A stretch of 64,000 nucleotides of DNA from Candidatus Freyarchaeum deiterrae (GTDB taxonomy: Archaea > Asgardarchaeota > Jordiarchaeia > Jordiarchaeales > Jordiarchaeaceae). The position numbers and the translations under genes were made by a program. The stretch is taken from contig CP147778.1 in the NCBI GenBank assembly GCA_037305845.1, positions 480,001 to 544,000 of the forward strand. Direction: 5' to 3'. Below, in pieces: positions 30,381 through 41,097 of this stretch. The stretch's first letter is position 1. Every line of letters begins with the position of its first letter. The notes beneath the pieces were generated by a model. It did not search any database. It was not told the origin of the DNA and was given only the letters and a program-made list of their open reading frames with translations.

Positions 30381-31541
30381 TTAGAGTGGCGCTATTCTGA
30401 TTGTTTCGTTCATTCCTCTTCCGTTGGTCAATTTCACTGTTTTTCCGTCTTTATAGACGAATTCTCCTGTGAGTGTGATAGGCGCATCGTAGAAGTTTAC
30501 ATTCCAAGCGTAAATGCCTTGCATACGCAAGTTGTCAAGCTTCACCTTCTGAATGAATTGTGGATACAATGCAAGAGCTGCATTCATGTTTAATACTCCC
30601 TTATCGGTTTCCACTTTAACCTTGTACTGTGTAGGTATAAACCGATGGCATTCCTCTACAAACACCCAAGTATCAGGAACAACCTCAATCTCCTTCGCAC
30701 TCAGATAATCATCCTCAGATATCATGTAAACAGTTCCGGTTACATGGTGATTAGGACGACCATCACTCAAAACGGACTCCACTGGACAGAAGAATGTGTA
30801 CATCTGATCAAAATTCAAATAAATCCAGTCCACTTGCCGGATTGCAAAGAAGTCCAATTTGTTAAACCATACGTGCTCGAATAGACCCTTACCCTCGACC
30901 TCAAGTTCTTCTCCGTCGACAATTATTTTTCCCTGCACATCACTTAAATCTTCAAGTCCATCGACTTCGGTTCCTTCAGTTATGCGGCTAGTTGCGTTTC
31001 TCGCACCACCCCAAAAAAGCGGAGGCCCTCGAGGTTTAAAGGTTAATTCGCAGCCCAGTTTTTCATTCTTTGAAATCACTTTCTGTTCTTCCTTACTGCA
31101 GAAGACGGTTAAATCATCCATTTCTATTACTGCTCCCTCATCGTCCTCCCTGTACTTGAAGGCATCTTTTGATGACGGTGGAATAGCCATATCTATGGTA
31201 TCACTAGGCTTTTTTAAAACCTGTATGTCGTTATCCTTTTCTAGGGATAATGGGCCAGTAGCATAGTTAAAGGAATCAAACTGGCCTAGTAGTGTTCCTT
31301 CGGTAATAGAGAATTTTGCTAGACGTTCTTTTCCTTCGTGTGAAAAGTGCATTGTGAAGTACCAATCGTTAAATCGCAACGGTTGATCCTGATTTTTCAC
31401 TCTTAGGTCGTCTAATTCTACACCTTCGGCTCGCGAAACCTTTTCCTTTACAGAGACCCTACTGATTGTCTTTCCAGTAGCTTTGCTTACTTCTTTTCCG
31501 CTTGATTTAGATTTTTTGGCTCCCTTTTTTTCTAATTCCAT
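30381..31541 (-). CDS. hypothetical beta-rich protein, possibly AttH/tocopherol-cyclase-like fold
   Basis: DWYF, GKGLFEHVW, DWIY motifs; Lys/Ser-rich N-terminal tail. Confidence 0.5.
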   Translation of the reverse strand: MELEKKGAKKSKSSGKEVSKATGKTISRVSVKEKVSRAEGVELDDLRVKNQDQPLRFNDWYFTMHFSHEGKERLAKFSITEGTLLGQFDSFNYATGPLSLEKDNDIQVLKKPSDTIDMAIPPSSKDAFKYREDDEGAVIEMDDLTVFCSKEEQKVISKNEKLGCELTFKPRGPPLFWGGARNATSRITEGTEVDGLEDLSDVQGKIIVDGEELEVEGKGLFEHVWFNKLDFFAIRQVDWIYLNFDQMYTFFCPVESVLSDGRPNHHVTGTVYMISEDDYLSAKEIEVVPDTWVFVEECHRFIPTQYKVKVETDKGVLNMNAALALYPQFIQKVKLDNLRMQGIYAWNVNFYDAPITLTGEFVYKDGKTVKLTNGRGMNETIRIAPL

Positions 31542-31707
31542 TTAGTATTCCTCCAACACTAACTAATAATATTATTATATAACATCTTTATAAATTTTTA
31601 TATAATAATTTCTATCAATTAAAAAAACGATTTATGCTTTTCAATTATAAAAAAGTTATGGAAACTGTAAAGCTAGAACTTTGCGGCTCTAAGCAAGTGT
31701 AGTGTTT

Positions 31708-32865
31708 TTAAGGGGATTTTTTTTCTCCTAACCAGGCATCCACTTTAGGCATCCATTCGCTTATTGATATTTTCTGTGGGCATTTCTCCTCGCATGTTTT
31801 GCATGCAATGCATATGTTCGCGCGTTCTTTTACTGGGAATAGCGTTCTATACCAGTAGCGAGACGGTTTCGGATCATCGTATATAAAGCTGTCATTATAT
31901 AATTCGAAGTTTCTTGGTATGTTCACTCCGTTGGGGCATGGCATACAGTAACTGCATTTCGTGCAGGGGATAGTGGTTCTTTTTTTGTATTCCTTCTGGA
32001 TGCGTTTAATGAGTTGTAAGTCTCCTTTTCCGAGGAAATTTACACGTGATATGTCTGCTGAATGAATATTTTCTTCGACTTGTTTCATGGTGCTCATTCC
32101 GCTCAGCACGACGGATACTTCTGGTTGATTCCATAGCCATTGTAGAGCCCAATCGGCTGGCGTACGTTTTTTTCCACCGTAACTATCTAATATTTCTTGA
32201 ACCGGTTTTGGGGGATTCGCTAGTACTCCGCCTCTTATAGGTTCCATTACGACAACAGCCAATCCCTTTGACGCTGCGTATTTTAACCCTTTGGTTCCGG
32301 CTTGATTATCTGCATCCATGTAGTTGTACTGTATTTGGCAAAAACTCCATTCTTTACATGCACCAATTATTTCTTTGAAAAGATCATACTTATCGTGGAA
32401 AGAGAATCCTAATTTTCGAATCCTACCGTCCTCAAGGGCGGATTCCGCTTTTTCCAATAAGTTGAGGTCAAGGACAGTCTTCCACCTCTGTTCATTCAAA
32501 CCGTGAAAGAGATAAAAATCAATATGATCGGTTTGCAACTTTTTTAGTTGATCGTTTAGAATTTTATCAAAATCTTCTTCCTTCTGTATTATAATAACGG
32601 GGGATTTTGTCGCTAGTTTGACCTTCTCCCTGTATCCGTCTTCCAAAGCTTTTCCCACAACAGTTTCGCCATTCAGGGCATGATACACATATGCTGTGTC
32701 AATGTAATTGACCCCCTGGTCAATCGCATAGCGAATCATTGCTATCGCTTCTTTTTCGTTTATGTTTGGACCGTTCGGGATTCCATCGTTCGTCGGCAAA
32801 CGCATGCACCCGAATCCTAGTGCGGAAACCTCCCAGTCAAGTTTTCCAAATCTTCTAAATTGCAT
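31708..32865 (-). CDS. aldo/keto reductase with C-terminal 4Fe-4S dicluster
   Basis: LGFGCMRLP, DTAYVY, GFSFH, MEP, CTKCSYCMPCP, CIACKTCEEKCPQ. Confidence 0.92.
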   Translation of the reverse strand: MQFRRFGKLDWEVSALGFGCMRLPTNDGIPNGPNINEKEAIAMIRYAIDQGVNYIDTAYVYHALNGETVVGKALEDGYREKVKLATKSPVIIIQKEEDFDKILNDQLKKLQTDHIDFYLFHGLNEQRWKTVLDLNLLEKAESALEDGRIRKLGFSFHDKYDLFKEIIGACKEWSFCQIQYNYMDADNQAGTKGLKYAASKGLAVVVMEPIRGGVLANPPKPVQEILDSYGGKKRTPADWALQWLWNQPEVSVVLSGMSTMKQVEENIHSADISRVNFLGKGDLQLIKRIQKEYKKRTTIPCTKCSYCMPCPNGVNIPRNFELYNDSFIYDDPKPSRYWYRTLFPVKERANICIACKTCEEKCPQKISISEWMPKVDAWLGEKKSP

Positions 32866-33276
32866 TTTTCCCTACTCCTTTTAGTTAATAACCACATCGA
32901 TTCCAAAAAGTTTTGCTTACATTAAGCTTATCAGAATAAGAGTCTACAGCACATTCCTAATATTGTTAGAATAAACGTAGTACTCACTACTTTTAAAATT
33001 ATCATTACTTCAAAAGGCAACTACAACTCCTCTAATGAAATAATTTGCTTATTTATTGAGGATTAGCAAGAAAAACAGTCTAATAGTCTTCTTATTTATC
33101 TTCCAATGGTGTTCTGTGTTCTCATTCATGTTTCCTTTCTTCAAAAATTCATTTTAAAACAGTTTATCCCATTCTTTCTGGAATAAGCAGCTTTCAAGTA
33201 AAATATATTGTATTTCGTTCTGCTTAAAAAAAGGCTAAAAAAAGAAAAAAGGGAAAAAAGAGGATAGGGAATATGA

Positions 33277-35076
33277 TTACTTCTTCTTCTTCTTCGCAGC
33301 GTCCTGTTCTCTGAGTACTCTTTTTAGGACTTTGCCCGTGTTGGTCTTGGGAAGAGAGTCCACGAACTCCACGTACCTGGGATACTTGTAGGCTGCCATG
33401 TTTTTCTTGCACCACTCTATTATATCATTTTCGGTTGTTTTGCCCTTGTACTCCGGTCTGAGCACTATGTATGCCTTGATGTTCTCACCGGCCTCAGGAT
33501 CAGGTATACCGATAACTCCAACATCTAGCACCGCGGGATTCGTAAAGAGGACTTCCTCGATTTCCCGAGGATAAACGCTGTGTCCTTTGTATTTTACTAT
33601 GTCTTTGGTGCGGTCCATTATAAAGAAGTATCCGTCCTTGTCCATCGTGCAAAGGTCTCCTGTTTTCAGCCACTTCAGCCCTCCGGCTTCGAAGAAGACC
33701 TTCTTGGTTTCCTCCGGTCTGTTATAGTAGCCCAGCATAACCTGGGGACCGCTGATCACCATCTCACCCAGCTCACCAATCGGTAGGAACTTGTTGCTCT
33801 CCGGGTTCACTACGCCGACCAGTGTATCGGGAATGGGTGGACCGACGCTGCCTGCTCTTTCACCGAACAGCTCGACGGGCCGAGTGTGAGTGACTGGGCT
33901 GGCTTCAGTTAAACCGAAGCCTTCACTGATAGGGTTTCCTGAGATTTTCTTCCACTGTTGTACAACCGCCTCTGGGGTTGATGCTCCTCCCATGCTCATG
34001 TATTTGAGACTGCTGAAATCCGTATCCTTAGTCTTGGGGTTGTTCATCAGTCCAATGAGCATGGCTGCAACGCCTAAGAGCATCCATGGTTTATACTTGT
34101 TAATGGCGTCACAAATAGCTGCAACGTCGAAGGTTGGGAAAAGCACGTATTGTCCATCAACTATCTGGGCAGTCACGACCTCGCAGGTCTGGCCGTATAT
34201 GTGATACCATGGCATTACGCTGATGGCTTTAATATAGGGTTGCTTCCATCTTTTCCGTAGTGCGTCAGTGGGAACTGAAATCTCGTAAGCATTTGATATG
34301 AGGTTGTTGTGTGTGAGCATGGCGCCCTTGGGTAGACCGGTTGTGCCTCCGGTGTATTGAATTACTGCGACGTCTTTCATGGGGTCTATTTTTACTTTTG
34401 TTACTTTGGGTTCGGTGTCTTTTATCAGGTTGGCCATGTGGTAGATTCCTTTTGCCTTATCTTCTGGCACAGGGATTGGCTGTCCCGCTAGGTTGACTAA
34501 GATGATGTTTTTGAGTTTAACCTCTTTTTGTATTGCTTCATAGTTTTTCCAGAACGCGTCTATAAGTATAAGGGTTTGGGCTCCGCTGTCATTTATCTGG
34601 TACGCGACTTCTCTGGGTACGAAGAGCGGGCTTATGCAGGTCAATGTTGCTCCGGCCTTCAGTGCACCAAAGTACGCTATTTGGAACTGGGGGCTGTTGA
34701 GTAGATATATTGCTACCTTGTCGCCTTTCTTGATTCCCAGTTTTTGCTGGAAGGCTGTGGCGAGCCTGTCGACTTGATCCTTAAGGTATTTTCGTGGTAT
34801 TTCTCTTCCAAAGAATATTAGGCTTACAAAGTCTGGATTCTTTGCTACGGCTTCATCGAACATGTCGACTAACGACTTGTCGTTAGGTATAGTAACTTCG
34901 TGGGCTACGTCTTTGGGATAAGACTTTAGCCAGATTTTGTTCTTTACGTAGTCGGGTAACTCTCCTTCCTTTGGTTTACCAGCTTCTTTTGCTGGTTTAC
35001 CAGCTTCTTTTGCTGGTTTACCAGCTTCTTTTGCTGGTTTCTCCACTTTAGCTTTTACTTCTTTTTTCTTACTCAT
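33277..35076 (-). CDS. long-chain fatty acid--CoA ligase
   Basis: YTGGTTGLPKG, EGFGLTE, TGD, DRTKD, GKVLKR. Confidence 0.92.
   Translation of the reverse strand: MSKKKEVKAKVEKPAKEAGKPAKEAGKPAKEAGKPKEGELPDYVKNKIWLKSYPKDVAHEVTIPNDKSLVDMFDEAVAKNPDFVSLIFFGREIPRKYLKDQVDRLATAFQQKLGIKKGDKVAIYLLNSPQFQIAYFGALKAGATLTCISPLFVPREVAYQINDSGAQTLILIDAFWKNYEAIQKEVKLKNIILVNLAGQPIPVPEDKAKGIYHMANLIKDTEPKVTKVKIDPMKDVAVIQYTGGTTGLPKGAMLTHNNLISNAYEISVPTDALRKRWKQPYIKAISVMPWYHIYGQTCEVVTAQIVDGQYVLFPTFDVAAICDAINKYKPWMLLGVAAMLIGLMNNPKTKDTDFSSLKYMSMGGASTPEAVVQQWKKISGNPISEGFGLTEASPVTHTRPVELFGERAGSVGPPIPDTLVGVVNPESNKFLPIGELGEMVISGPQVMLGYYNRPEETKKVFFEAGGLKWLKTGDLCTMDKDGYFFIMDRTKDIVKYKGHSVYPREIEEVLFTNPAVLDVGVIGIPDPEAGENIKAYIVLRPEYKGKTTENDIIEWCKKNMAAYKYPRYVEFVDSLPKTNTGKVLKRVLREQDAAKKKKK
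34972..35040 (-). repeat. perfect 21-bp coding tandem repeat x3.3 (KPAKEAG)
   Basis: TGGTTTACCAGCTTCTTTTGC at 34972, 34993, 35014 plus partial. Confidence 0.95.
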
Positions 35077-35422
35077 TTGTAAATAGTCCTCCTATGCTCT
35101 TTCAGGAAAATGATTTCTCTTCTCCTTTGAAAAAGTCTATATTACTCTTTCTCATCTTTTATATAAAATTAATTGAAAAACATCATGATACCTAAAAAAA
35201 ATAGACATATATATGTTAAAAATTCAGTAACAATACCCATTCCAGATTATACCCTTTTAAACACCAACTGCAACTGCAACCCCTAAAGGCGCGAAGTATG
35301 CCAGTTTCCTAGGTTGTGGTTCTTTTTCCCTTATTTTTTAGAGTGTAGACCAAACGAAATTTTCTTTTTTTAACCCAGAATCTGAGATTATTTTTTATAG
35401 GTTCATATCGGAAGTATTTCTC

Positions 35423-35689
35423 ATGAATAATCGCTCAATGGGAAAAGTGATAGCGGAAGTGATTGAGGAGTACAACAAGTATAGGCTGCCTGAAGCTACG
35501 GCTAAGTTAGTTTCAATGGATGCAAAATTCTTGAAAATAGAATTCACTGGACCATATTGTACTACTTGTGGTTTCTACGAGTATTTTGAGGATTTTGTAT
35601 ATGTCCTTGAAGATTTTGGAATTAAAAGCCAGATTGATGAAGTGGAGGAAACGGAAAAGGGAGCAATCGTTGCTTTTTTAATGAAATAG
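35423..35689 (+). CDS. small hypothetical protein with CxxC (NifU-C/DUF59-like)
   Basis: IEFTGPYCTTCG. Confidence 0.65.
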   Translation: MNNRSMGKVIAEVIEEYNKYRLPEATAKLVSMDAKFLKIEFTGPYCTTCGFYEYFEDFVYVLEDFGIKSQIDEVEETEKGAIVAFLMK

Positions 35690-35703
35690 TGAAGAAAGAT
35701 TCA

Positions 35704-36387
35704 TTATTTTTCATTATTCTTTGGAGTTATGATTTCTTTCAGTTGATTGATTATGTTTTTTGCTCTAACAACTGCTCTTACTGCATACCATTCATGTTCA
35801 CCCAGACTCTGTTCTTTTTCTAGGAAAGCCTCGACTTCTATATAAATTTGTTTAAATTGGCGGATTCTCGACTCATCGTTGGGTTTCTCACCCTGGAGCT
35901 TTTGTCTTCCCTCCCAGAATCCCTCAGCGAAGTACCAATCCTTAAACCAGGTAAACCCCAGCTTGAACAGCTTGTAGCCGAGGCGGCTTACTGGTGGCGG
36001 CAATCCTGCTCCGAGCTGTCTTCTGGTTTCCTCATCTTCGAAGTATTCAATAAATATGCTTGCTCCCGGCTTAATGGCCTGTGAAAAAATTGACAACAAG
36101 TTATCCTCAAAAATAGAATCAAAATACTCGATAGTTTTTCCTCCTAGATTAACGAGACTACTAATATCTGATAACTCCACCCAGGGAGTGTGATAGGGAA
36201 GCCTACCATAGAAGATCTTAATGACTAAAAGGCGGGTTTCCAGCTCATCTTCTTTCAAGTACACATCCAGGTTTACTTCTTCTCGGAATCTTCCCCTCGA
36301 AACTGTTTTTGCATAAACTGTGAAATTGCCGACCACAACTCCACTGGTCAATTTTTCAACAGCAGTTTCTAACACTCTACCAACCAC
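35704..36387 (-). CDS. DUF1122 family protein
   Basis: GRFREE, PWVEL, SRLG, GFTWFKDWYFAEGFWEG..KLQGEKP. Confidence 0.8.
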   Translation of the reverse strand: MVGRVLETAVEKLTSGVVVGNFTVYAKTVSRGRFREEVNLDVYLKEDELETRLLVIKIFYGRLPYHTPWVELSDISSLVNLGGKTIEYFDSIFEDNLLSIFSQAIKPGASIFIEYFEDEETRRQLGAGLPPPVSRLGYKLFKLGFTWFKDWYFAEGFWEGRQKLQGEKPNDESRIRQFKQIYIEVEAFLEKEQSLGEHEWYAVRAVVRAKNIINQLKEIITPKNNEK

Positions 36388-36475
36388 TCAGCAGTATCTC
36401 GTTGAAAAATAGTTCACACAATTTGAATTATGGAATAAGAATTTCTAAAAAATATTTTGAAGAAGGTTTTTAGAC

Positions 36476-37078
36476 TTATTCAGAACAGAAATGCTTTTGA
36501 AAAACGCTGTAAATGTCTTCAGGTTTCTCCAGTACAAATACGCCGTCTATTTTAGAGAGCATCCTGACGTGCTCCGCGTCTTCCTTTCTTACTCTCAATT
36601 TTAAGTCCCGCCCGTCGGGAATCTTTGTAACCACAAATCCCTCTTCATAATCGGAGGGCATTATGTAAATCGGAACAAATGCTTTCAAACCCATGATTGC
36701 CGCATTAGAGAGCAAACTATCCGCTAATCCCATAGCAATCTTAGCCACGGTATTCGACGTTGCCGGAGCGATCAACAAAAACTCGAACTTCCCCGCTTGC
36801 ATCTGACCAGCAAGAAAAGGCGCATTCGCATTGGTCTCAACCCAAACCTTGTCAAAAATTTCCACCAAATCTTGGCTCAGCTTGTAGTATTTCAAAACCT
36901 GATCTCCAGCTTTGGAGACGTAAACCCTAATATCCACTAAGTCCTCATAATCCTCTCTTATTTTTTTCATAACATCAAACGTTTGTTGCAGCCTATCTCC
37001 ACTGCCCGTAATTCCCCATGCAATCTTCTTTAGCTTTTTCTTTTCTTCTTTTTTCTCAGTCAGCTTGTTCCCCTCCAT
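36476..37078 (-). CDS. afpA: archaeoflavoprotein AfpA
   Basis: IAWGITGSG, ANAPFLAG, APATSNTVAKI, PSD. Confidence 0.85.
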   Translation of the reverse strand: MEGNKLTEKKEEKKKLKKIAWGITGSGDRLQQTFDVMKKIREDYEDLVDIRVYVSKAGDQVLKYYKLSQDLVEIFDKVWVETNANAPFLAGQMQAGKFEFLLIAPATSNTVAKIAMGLADSLLSNAAIMGLKAFVPIYIMPSDYEEGFVVTKIPDGRDLKLRVRKEDAEHVRMLSKIDGVFVLEKPEDIYSVFQKHFCSE

Positions 37079-37107
37079 TAAAAACTCGATAAACATATTT
37101 AAGATGC

Positions 37108-37713
37108 CTAGCTTTTATCTTTAATCTCAAATTTCTGCAAAAACTTGGCAAACTTTTTAACAGTCTTACTCAAACTCCTGAAACCCTCCTCATCTTCCTT
37201 TACGCCTTTCAGAGTATCCTTTGACCAAAACGTTGCCCCCAAATTTGCTCCAAAGGAACCGCCACTAATCGGTATAATTCCATTCAGCACGTAAAAGGTT
37301 ATGATTTGCTGTACCGCCAGTTCCTGCCCACCCATTCTGTCCCCGCCAACAGCGATTGCCATACCTGCTTTATACTGGAAAACTTTGGGGTCTGCTGCGA
37401 GCAAAGCCCGGCATCTATCCATAATGGCTTTGGTTTGCGAACTGAGGGCTCCATTGTAGACCGGTGTAGCGAAGATTATTCCCTGAGCGCCCTTAAGCAG
37501 AGGGTAGATCTCGTACATGTCGTCTTTAAATTTGCACTCCTTGTTCTTTAAGCAGTAATCGCAGTGCGTGCATGGTCCTATGTTTTTACCTCTAACGCTG
37601 AAAAACTGTGTTTCAAACCCTTGCTCTTCCAGCATTCTCAAAGCCTCTATCAATACATATTCTGTTGCCTTTTTCCTCGGACTTCCACAAATGCCAAGTA
37701 TCAAGTTAATCAC
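37108..37713 (-). CDS. iron-sulfur flavoprotein (Isf/flavodoxin-like)
   Basis: GSPRK, CTHCDYC....C..KDD, TPVY, GGQE. Confidence 0.9.
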   Translation of the reverse strand: MINLILGICGSPRKKATEYVLIEALRMLEEQGFETQFFSVRGKNIGPCTHCDYCLKNKECKFKDDMYEIYPLLKGAQGIIFATPVYNGALSSQTKAIMDRCRALLAADPKVFQYKAGMAIAVGGDRMGGQELAVQQIITFYVLNGIIPISGGSFGANLGATFWSKDTLKGVKEDEEGFRSLSKTVKKFAKFLQKFEIKDKS

Positions 37714-37868
37714 TTATATCCTATAATTTGAAAAAGATTTATTAATATTCTTACCAAATTTTCATCTTCAAAATACTAGAAGTGCTTCTTCAGGCTAATA
37801 ATAGCGGAGCGACTCGACAATAAAAAATAGATATGTGAGGATCACATCTTTTAGGGCACTACGTTTTT

Positions 37869-38021
37869 TTAGATTTGTTGAAGACTACTGTCCAGAGTAT
37901 GAAAGCCACTAATATCAGTAGCAAATGAAATACTCAATAAGCTCCATATTACCCCAACAATACCCATGATGGCTCCTATTATTCCACCATTAGTGCCCGC
38001 TAAAAGTGCTCTTCTACTCAT
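37869..38021 (-). pseudogene. truncated 5' fragment of a membrane-protein gene
   Basis: MSRRALLAGTNGGIIGAIMGIVGVIWSLL after GGGTGA, stops after one TM helix. Confidence 0.4.
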
Positions 38022-38295
38022 TATCACCCATCTCCCTTTTTCATTATTTGTGAACTCTTTCATATTCTGGGTATATTAGATTTACTTTTCGTGCAGATTT
38101 CAACCATGTTCTAATCATTTGTAATTTCTTTCTCAGAAACGTTTATATTGTTATTCAAAAAGACTGAAACCGTATAGCCTTATTTTAAATTAGTTTTAAA
38201 TACTACTTTTTTTAAAGTAAAATATACTTGAACAAGACTTGAAATACATCAACACTTGTGCTTTCTCTAAATTTTTATATATGGAGGGAATATGG

Positions 38296-39729
38296 TTGCA
38301 TGAAAAAGAACTTGTCAATCCCAGCCATTCCAGTATTCTCAAATCTCTTGAGAGAATAGTAGGGAAAAAATTTGTAAAAGATAGGATGGAGGAACGCTAC
38401 TACTATTCCAGCGATGCCAGCGCAGAGGAGCCAGGCATCCCAGAGTTTGTGGTTATGCCTGAGACTGTTGAGGAGATTCAGGAAATCCTACGGCTAGCCA
38501 ACCGTGAAAAAATATCGGTCACCCCACGAACAGGTGGTCTCACTCTTTCCGGACTTGCGATACCTTATGGAGGAGGTATCTTATTAGATTTGAAGAGGAT
38601 GGACAAAATAATCGAAGTGAACCCAGATTCTATGTTTGCGGTGGTTGAGTGCGGCGTAACCACTGGTCAGCTCAAAACCTTCCTTGAGAGTAATTATCCT
38701 AACCTGTGGTTTTGCCAGCCTCATGCCCCGCAGTCGGTGGGTGTAATCTCTAACGCAATAATATACGGGGCGGGACAGGTTTCCCTAGGTCAAGGTGTGA
38801 ACTCGGACATGGTAAACGGCTTAGAGGTTGTTCTACCCACGGGAGAGATTCTCAGGACTGGATCCTGCGCTCTGGGCAAGTCTTGGCTTACCAAGTATTG
38901 TCTTCCCGATTTTATGGGGCTCTTTCTGGGCTGGTTCGGAGCCACAGGCATCATAACGAAAGCCTCCATTCAACTCTGGCCTAAACCGAGTATTAGAGAC
39001 GCCATGTTTTACAAAATCGATAAGGTGGAGGATACTGTTGAAATTCTCTTGAAACTAACCAAGAGCGAGGCCTGCGAAGATATATACATTAACAGTTGGA
39101 CTGGTACCAGTACAAAGCGATTCTACATGCCAGAGAAACCTGAAGACATGCCGGAGATTACCATGGATATTATTTTGAGCGGGAAATCGCAGGAGGAATT
39201 CGACCTAAAGAAACGGAAGGTGGGAGAAATAATAGAAAAAGCCATGGAAGATGGTGTTAAAGTTGAAGAATTCGAAGCCTCCTTGCTGCTAAAAATGGGG
39301 ATACTGATGGTTCCTCAATACATAGGGTTTATGGACTTGATGCTTGGTGGAGGAGCGGAATATTTAGGATGTTATATTCCCACAGAAGCGATGGGAACTG
39401 CCTACAAGAAGGGAATGGAAATAGCGAAAAGGTATGGATTCCAGTATATGCACGTGGCTAGACCCTTCAGAACAGGACACATCACCGGCATAATGTACGC
39501 CTTCCCCTTCGATAAGAAAAATCCGGAGATGGTTGAAAAACTTCTAAATGTCTTGGTGGAAATATGTGATATGGCCATAAATCTTGGTGGCGTGCCTTGG
39601 AAACCTTCCCCAACTGTTCAAAAGGTTGTTTTAGAACACGCAGACCCCGAATTCGTTAACTTTATGAAAAAGATAAAAACGCTACTGGACCCCAACGGGA
39701 TAATGTCTCCCGGAGAGTGGGCTCTATAG
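38296..39729 (+). CDS. FAD-binding oxidoreductase, VAO/GlcD family
   Basis: PRTGG, LDLKRMD, GLEVVLPTGE, GATGIITK, LLDPNGIMSPG; TTG start after GGAGG. Confidence 0.85.
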   Translation: MHEKELVNPSHSSILKSLERIVGKKFVKDRMEERYYYSSDASAEEPGIPEFVVMPETVEEIQEILRLANREKISVTPRTGGLTLSGLAIPYGGGILLDLKRMDKIIEVNPDSMFAVVECGVTTGQLKTFLESNYPNLWFCQPHAPQSVGVISNAIIYGAGQVSLGQGVNSDMVNGLEVVLPTGEILRTGSCALGKSWLTKYCLPDFMGLFLGWFGATGIITKASIQLWPKPSIRDAMFYKIDKVEDTVEILLKLTKSEACEDIYINSWTGTSTKRFYMPEKPEDMPEITMDIILSGKSQEEFDLKKRKVGEIIEKAMEDGVKVEEFEASLLLKMGILMVPQYIGFMDLMLGGGAEYLGCYIPTEAMGTAYKKGMEIAKRYGFQYMHVARPFRTGHITGIMYAFPFDKKNPEMVEKLLNVLVEICDMAINLGGVPWKPSPTVQKVVLEHADPEFVNFMKKIKTLLDPNGIMSPGEWAL

Positions 39730-39732
39730 GAG

Positions 39733-40926
39733 ATGATGACTATGGCTTTAGAGAAACATAAGGATATAATGAACAGATGCTACAAATGCCAGTACTGCAG
39801 AACGACTGGACCCAATCTATTCTACCCAGGATGCCCCTCGTACACCAAATTTAAATTCGAAACCTTCACAGGTGGCGGCAGAATGTGGATGGCTAAAGGG
39901 GTATCAGAAGAAGCGTTTAGTCTTGATGAGGATATAGTAGACATACTTTTTGCTTGTCAAACCTGTGGAAACTGCTCCACTCAGTGCATCTACCCGATAA
40001 AGGACAGTATACTTAAAATAATTGAGGCAACCAGAGCCGAAGCTGTTAATGCCGGAGTCACACTTCCCGGCCATCAGAAAGACTTCGGGGTACACCTCGG
40101 CAAGGAGCACAATCCCTACCTTGAACCACACAGCAAAAGATGGGAGTGGCTACCCAAAGACACGAATCTTCCAGAAAAGTCAGAAATGGTTTACTTTGTG
40201 GGCTGCACCTCAGCCTACAGGCAAAAGGTTCTGGCACAAGACACCGTTGAGGTTTTCAAAAAAGCTGGCGTAGATTTCACCATTATGAAAGATGAGTGGT
40301 GTTGTGCCTCGCCCCTGCTGAGGACAGGGCAGTGGGAAACGGACTATGTCTCTGCGCCAGAGATAGCCCAACACAACATCGAAGAGGCTAAAAAAACTGG
40401 TGCCAAAAAAATAGTAACAACATGTTCAGGGTGCTTTAGAGCGTGGAAAAAAGACTATCTGGAGGAGTACGATTGGCTCCTCAACTCCAAGCATGACTTT
40501 GAGGTCATACACACTACTCAACTCTTAGAAAAAATGATAAAAAACGGAGAAATAGAACTCCCTAACGAGGTCAACATAAAGGTGACCTATCATGATCCCT
40601 GCCACTTGGGGAGACACATGTGGGTGTATGATTCACCAAGGAATGTGCTAAAAGCAATACCGGGGGTAGAACTTGTTGAAATGCCTCGGATTAGAGAGAA
40701 CTCTTGGTGCTGTGGATCAGGAGGAGGAGTCAAATCGGGTTATGGTGAATGGTCAGTTGAGGTTGCTAACGAGAGGATAAAGGAAGCCGAAAAGTTGGGG
40801 GTAGAGGCAATAGTATCTGCCTGTCCATTCTGCTGGCGTAACCTCGACGACGCAATAAACAATTACAACTCTAATTTGAAAATGTACGATGTTATACAAC
40901 TAGTTAGAAAATCGATGGGCGTCTAA
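39733..40926 (+). CDS. HdrD/GlcF-like Fe-S oxidoreductase
   Basis: CYKCQYC, CQTCGNC, WCC, CSGC, YHDPCHLGR, WCCGSGGG, CPFC. Confidence 0.9.
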   Translation: MMTMALEKHKDIMNRCYKCQYCRTTGPNLFYPGCPSYTKFKFETFTGGGRMWMAKGVSEEAFSLDEDIVDILFACQTCGNCSTQCIYPIKDSILKIIEATRAEAVNAGVTLPGHQKDFGVHLGKEHNPYLEPHSKRWEWLPKDTNLPEKSEMVYFVGCTSAYRQKVLAQDTVEVFKKAGVDFTIMKDEWCCASPLLRTGQWETDYVSAPEIAQHNIEEAKKTGAKKIVTTCSGCFRAWKKDYLEEYDWLLNSKHDFEVIHTTQLLEKMIKNGEIELPNEVNIKVTYHDPCHLGRHMWVYDSPRNVLKAIPGVELVEMPRIRENSWCCGSGGGVKSGYGEWSVEVANERIKEAEKLGVEAIVSACPFCWRNLDDAINNYNSNLKMYDVIQLVRKSMGV

Positions 40927-41097
40927 AGGTTTCACACATCAAAAACACCTCCCCATCCCTCTTCTTTCCCAAAAAAATTTTTTAGAAATTACTTCTATAT
41001 ACACACAAGGTTATAAAGTCCATTCTTGTTTGACTCACCATCTAGGTAGAATATCCACATAAAATTGTAAGAGTTTTCACAATTCTAATGGAGAAGG

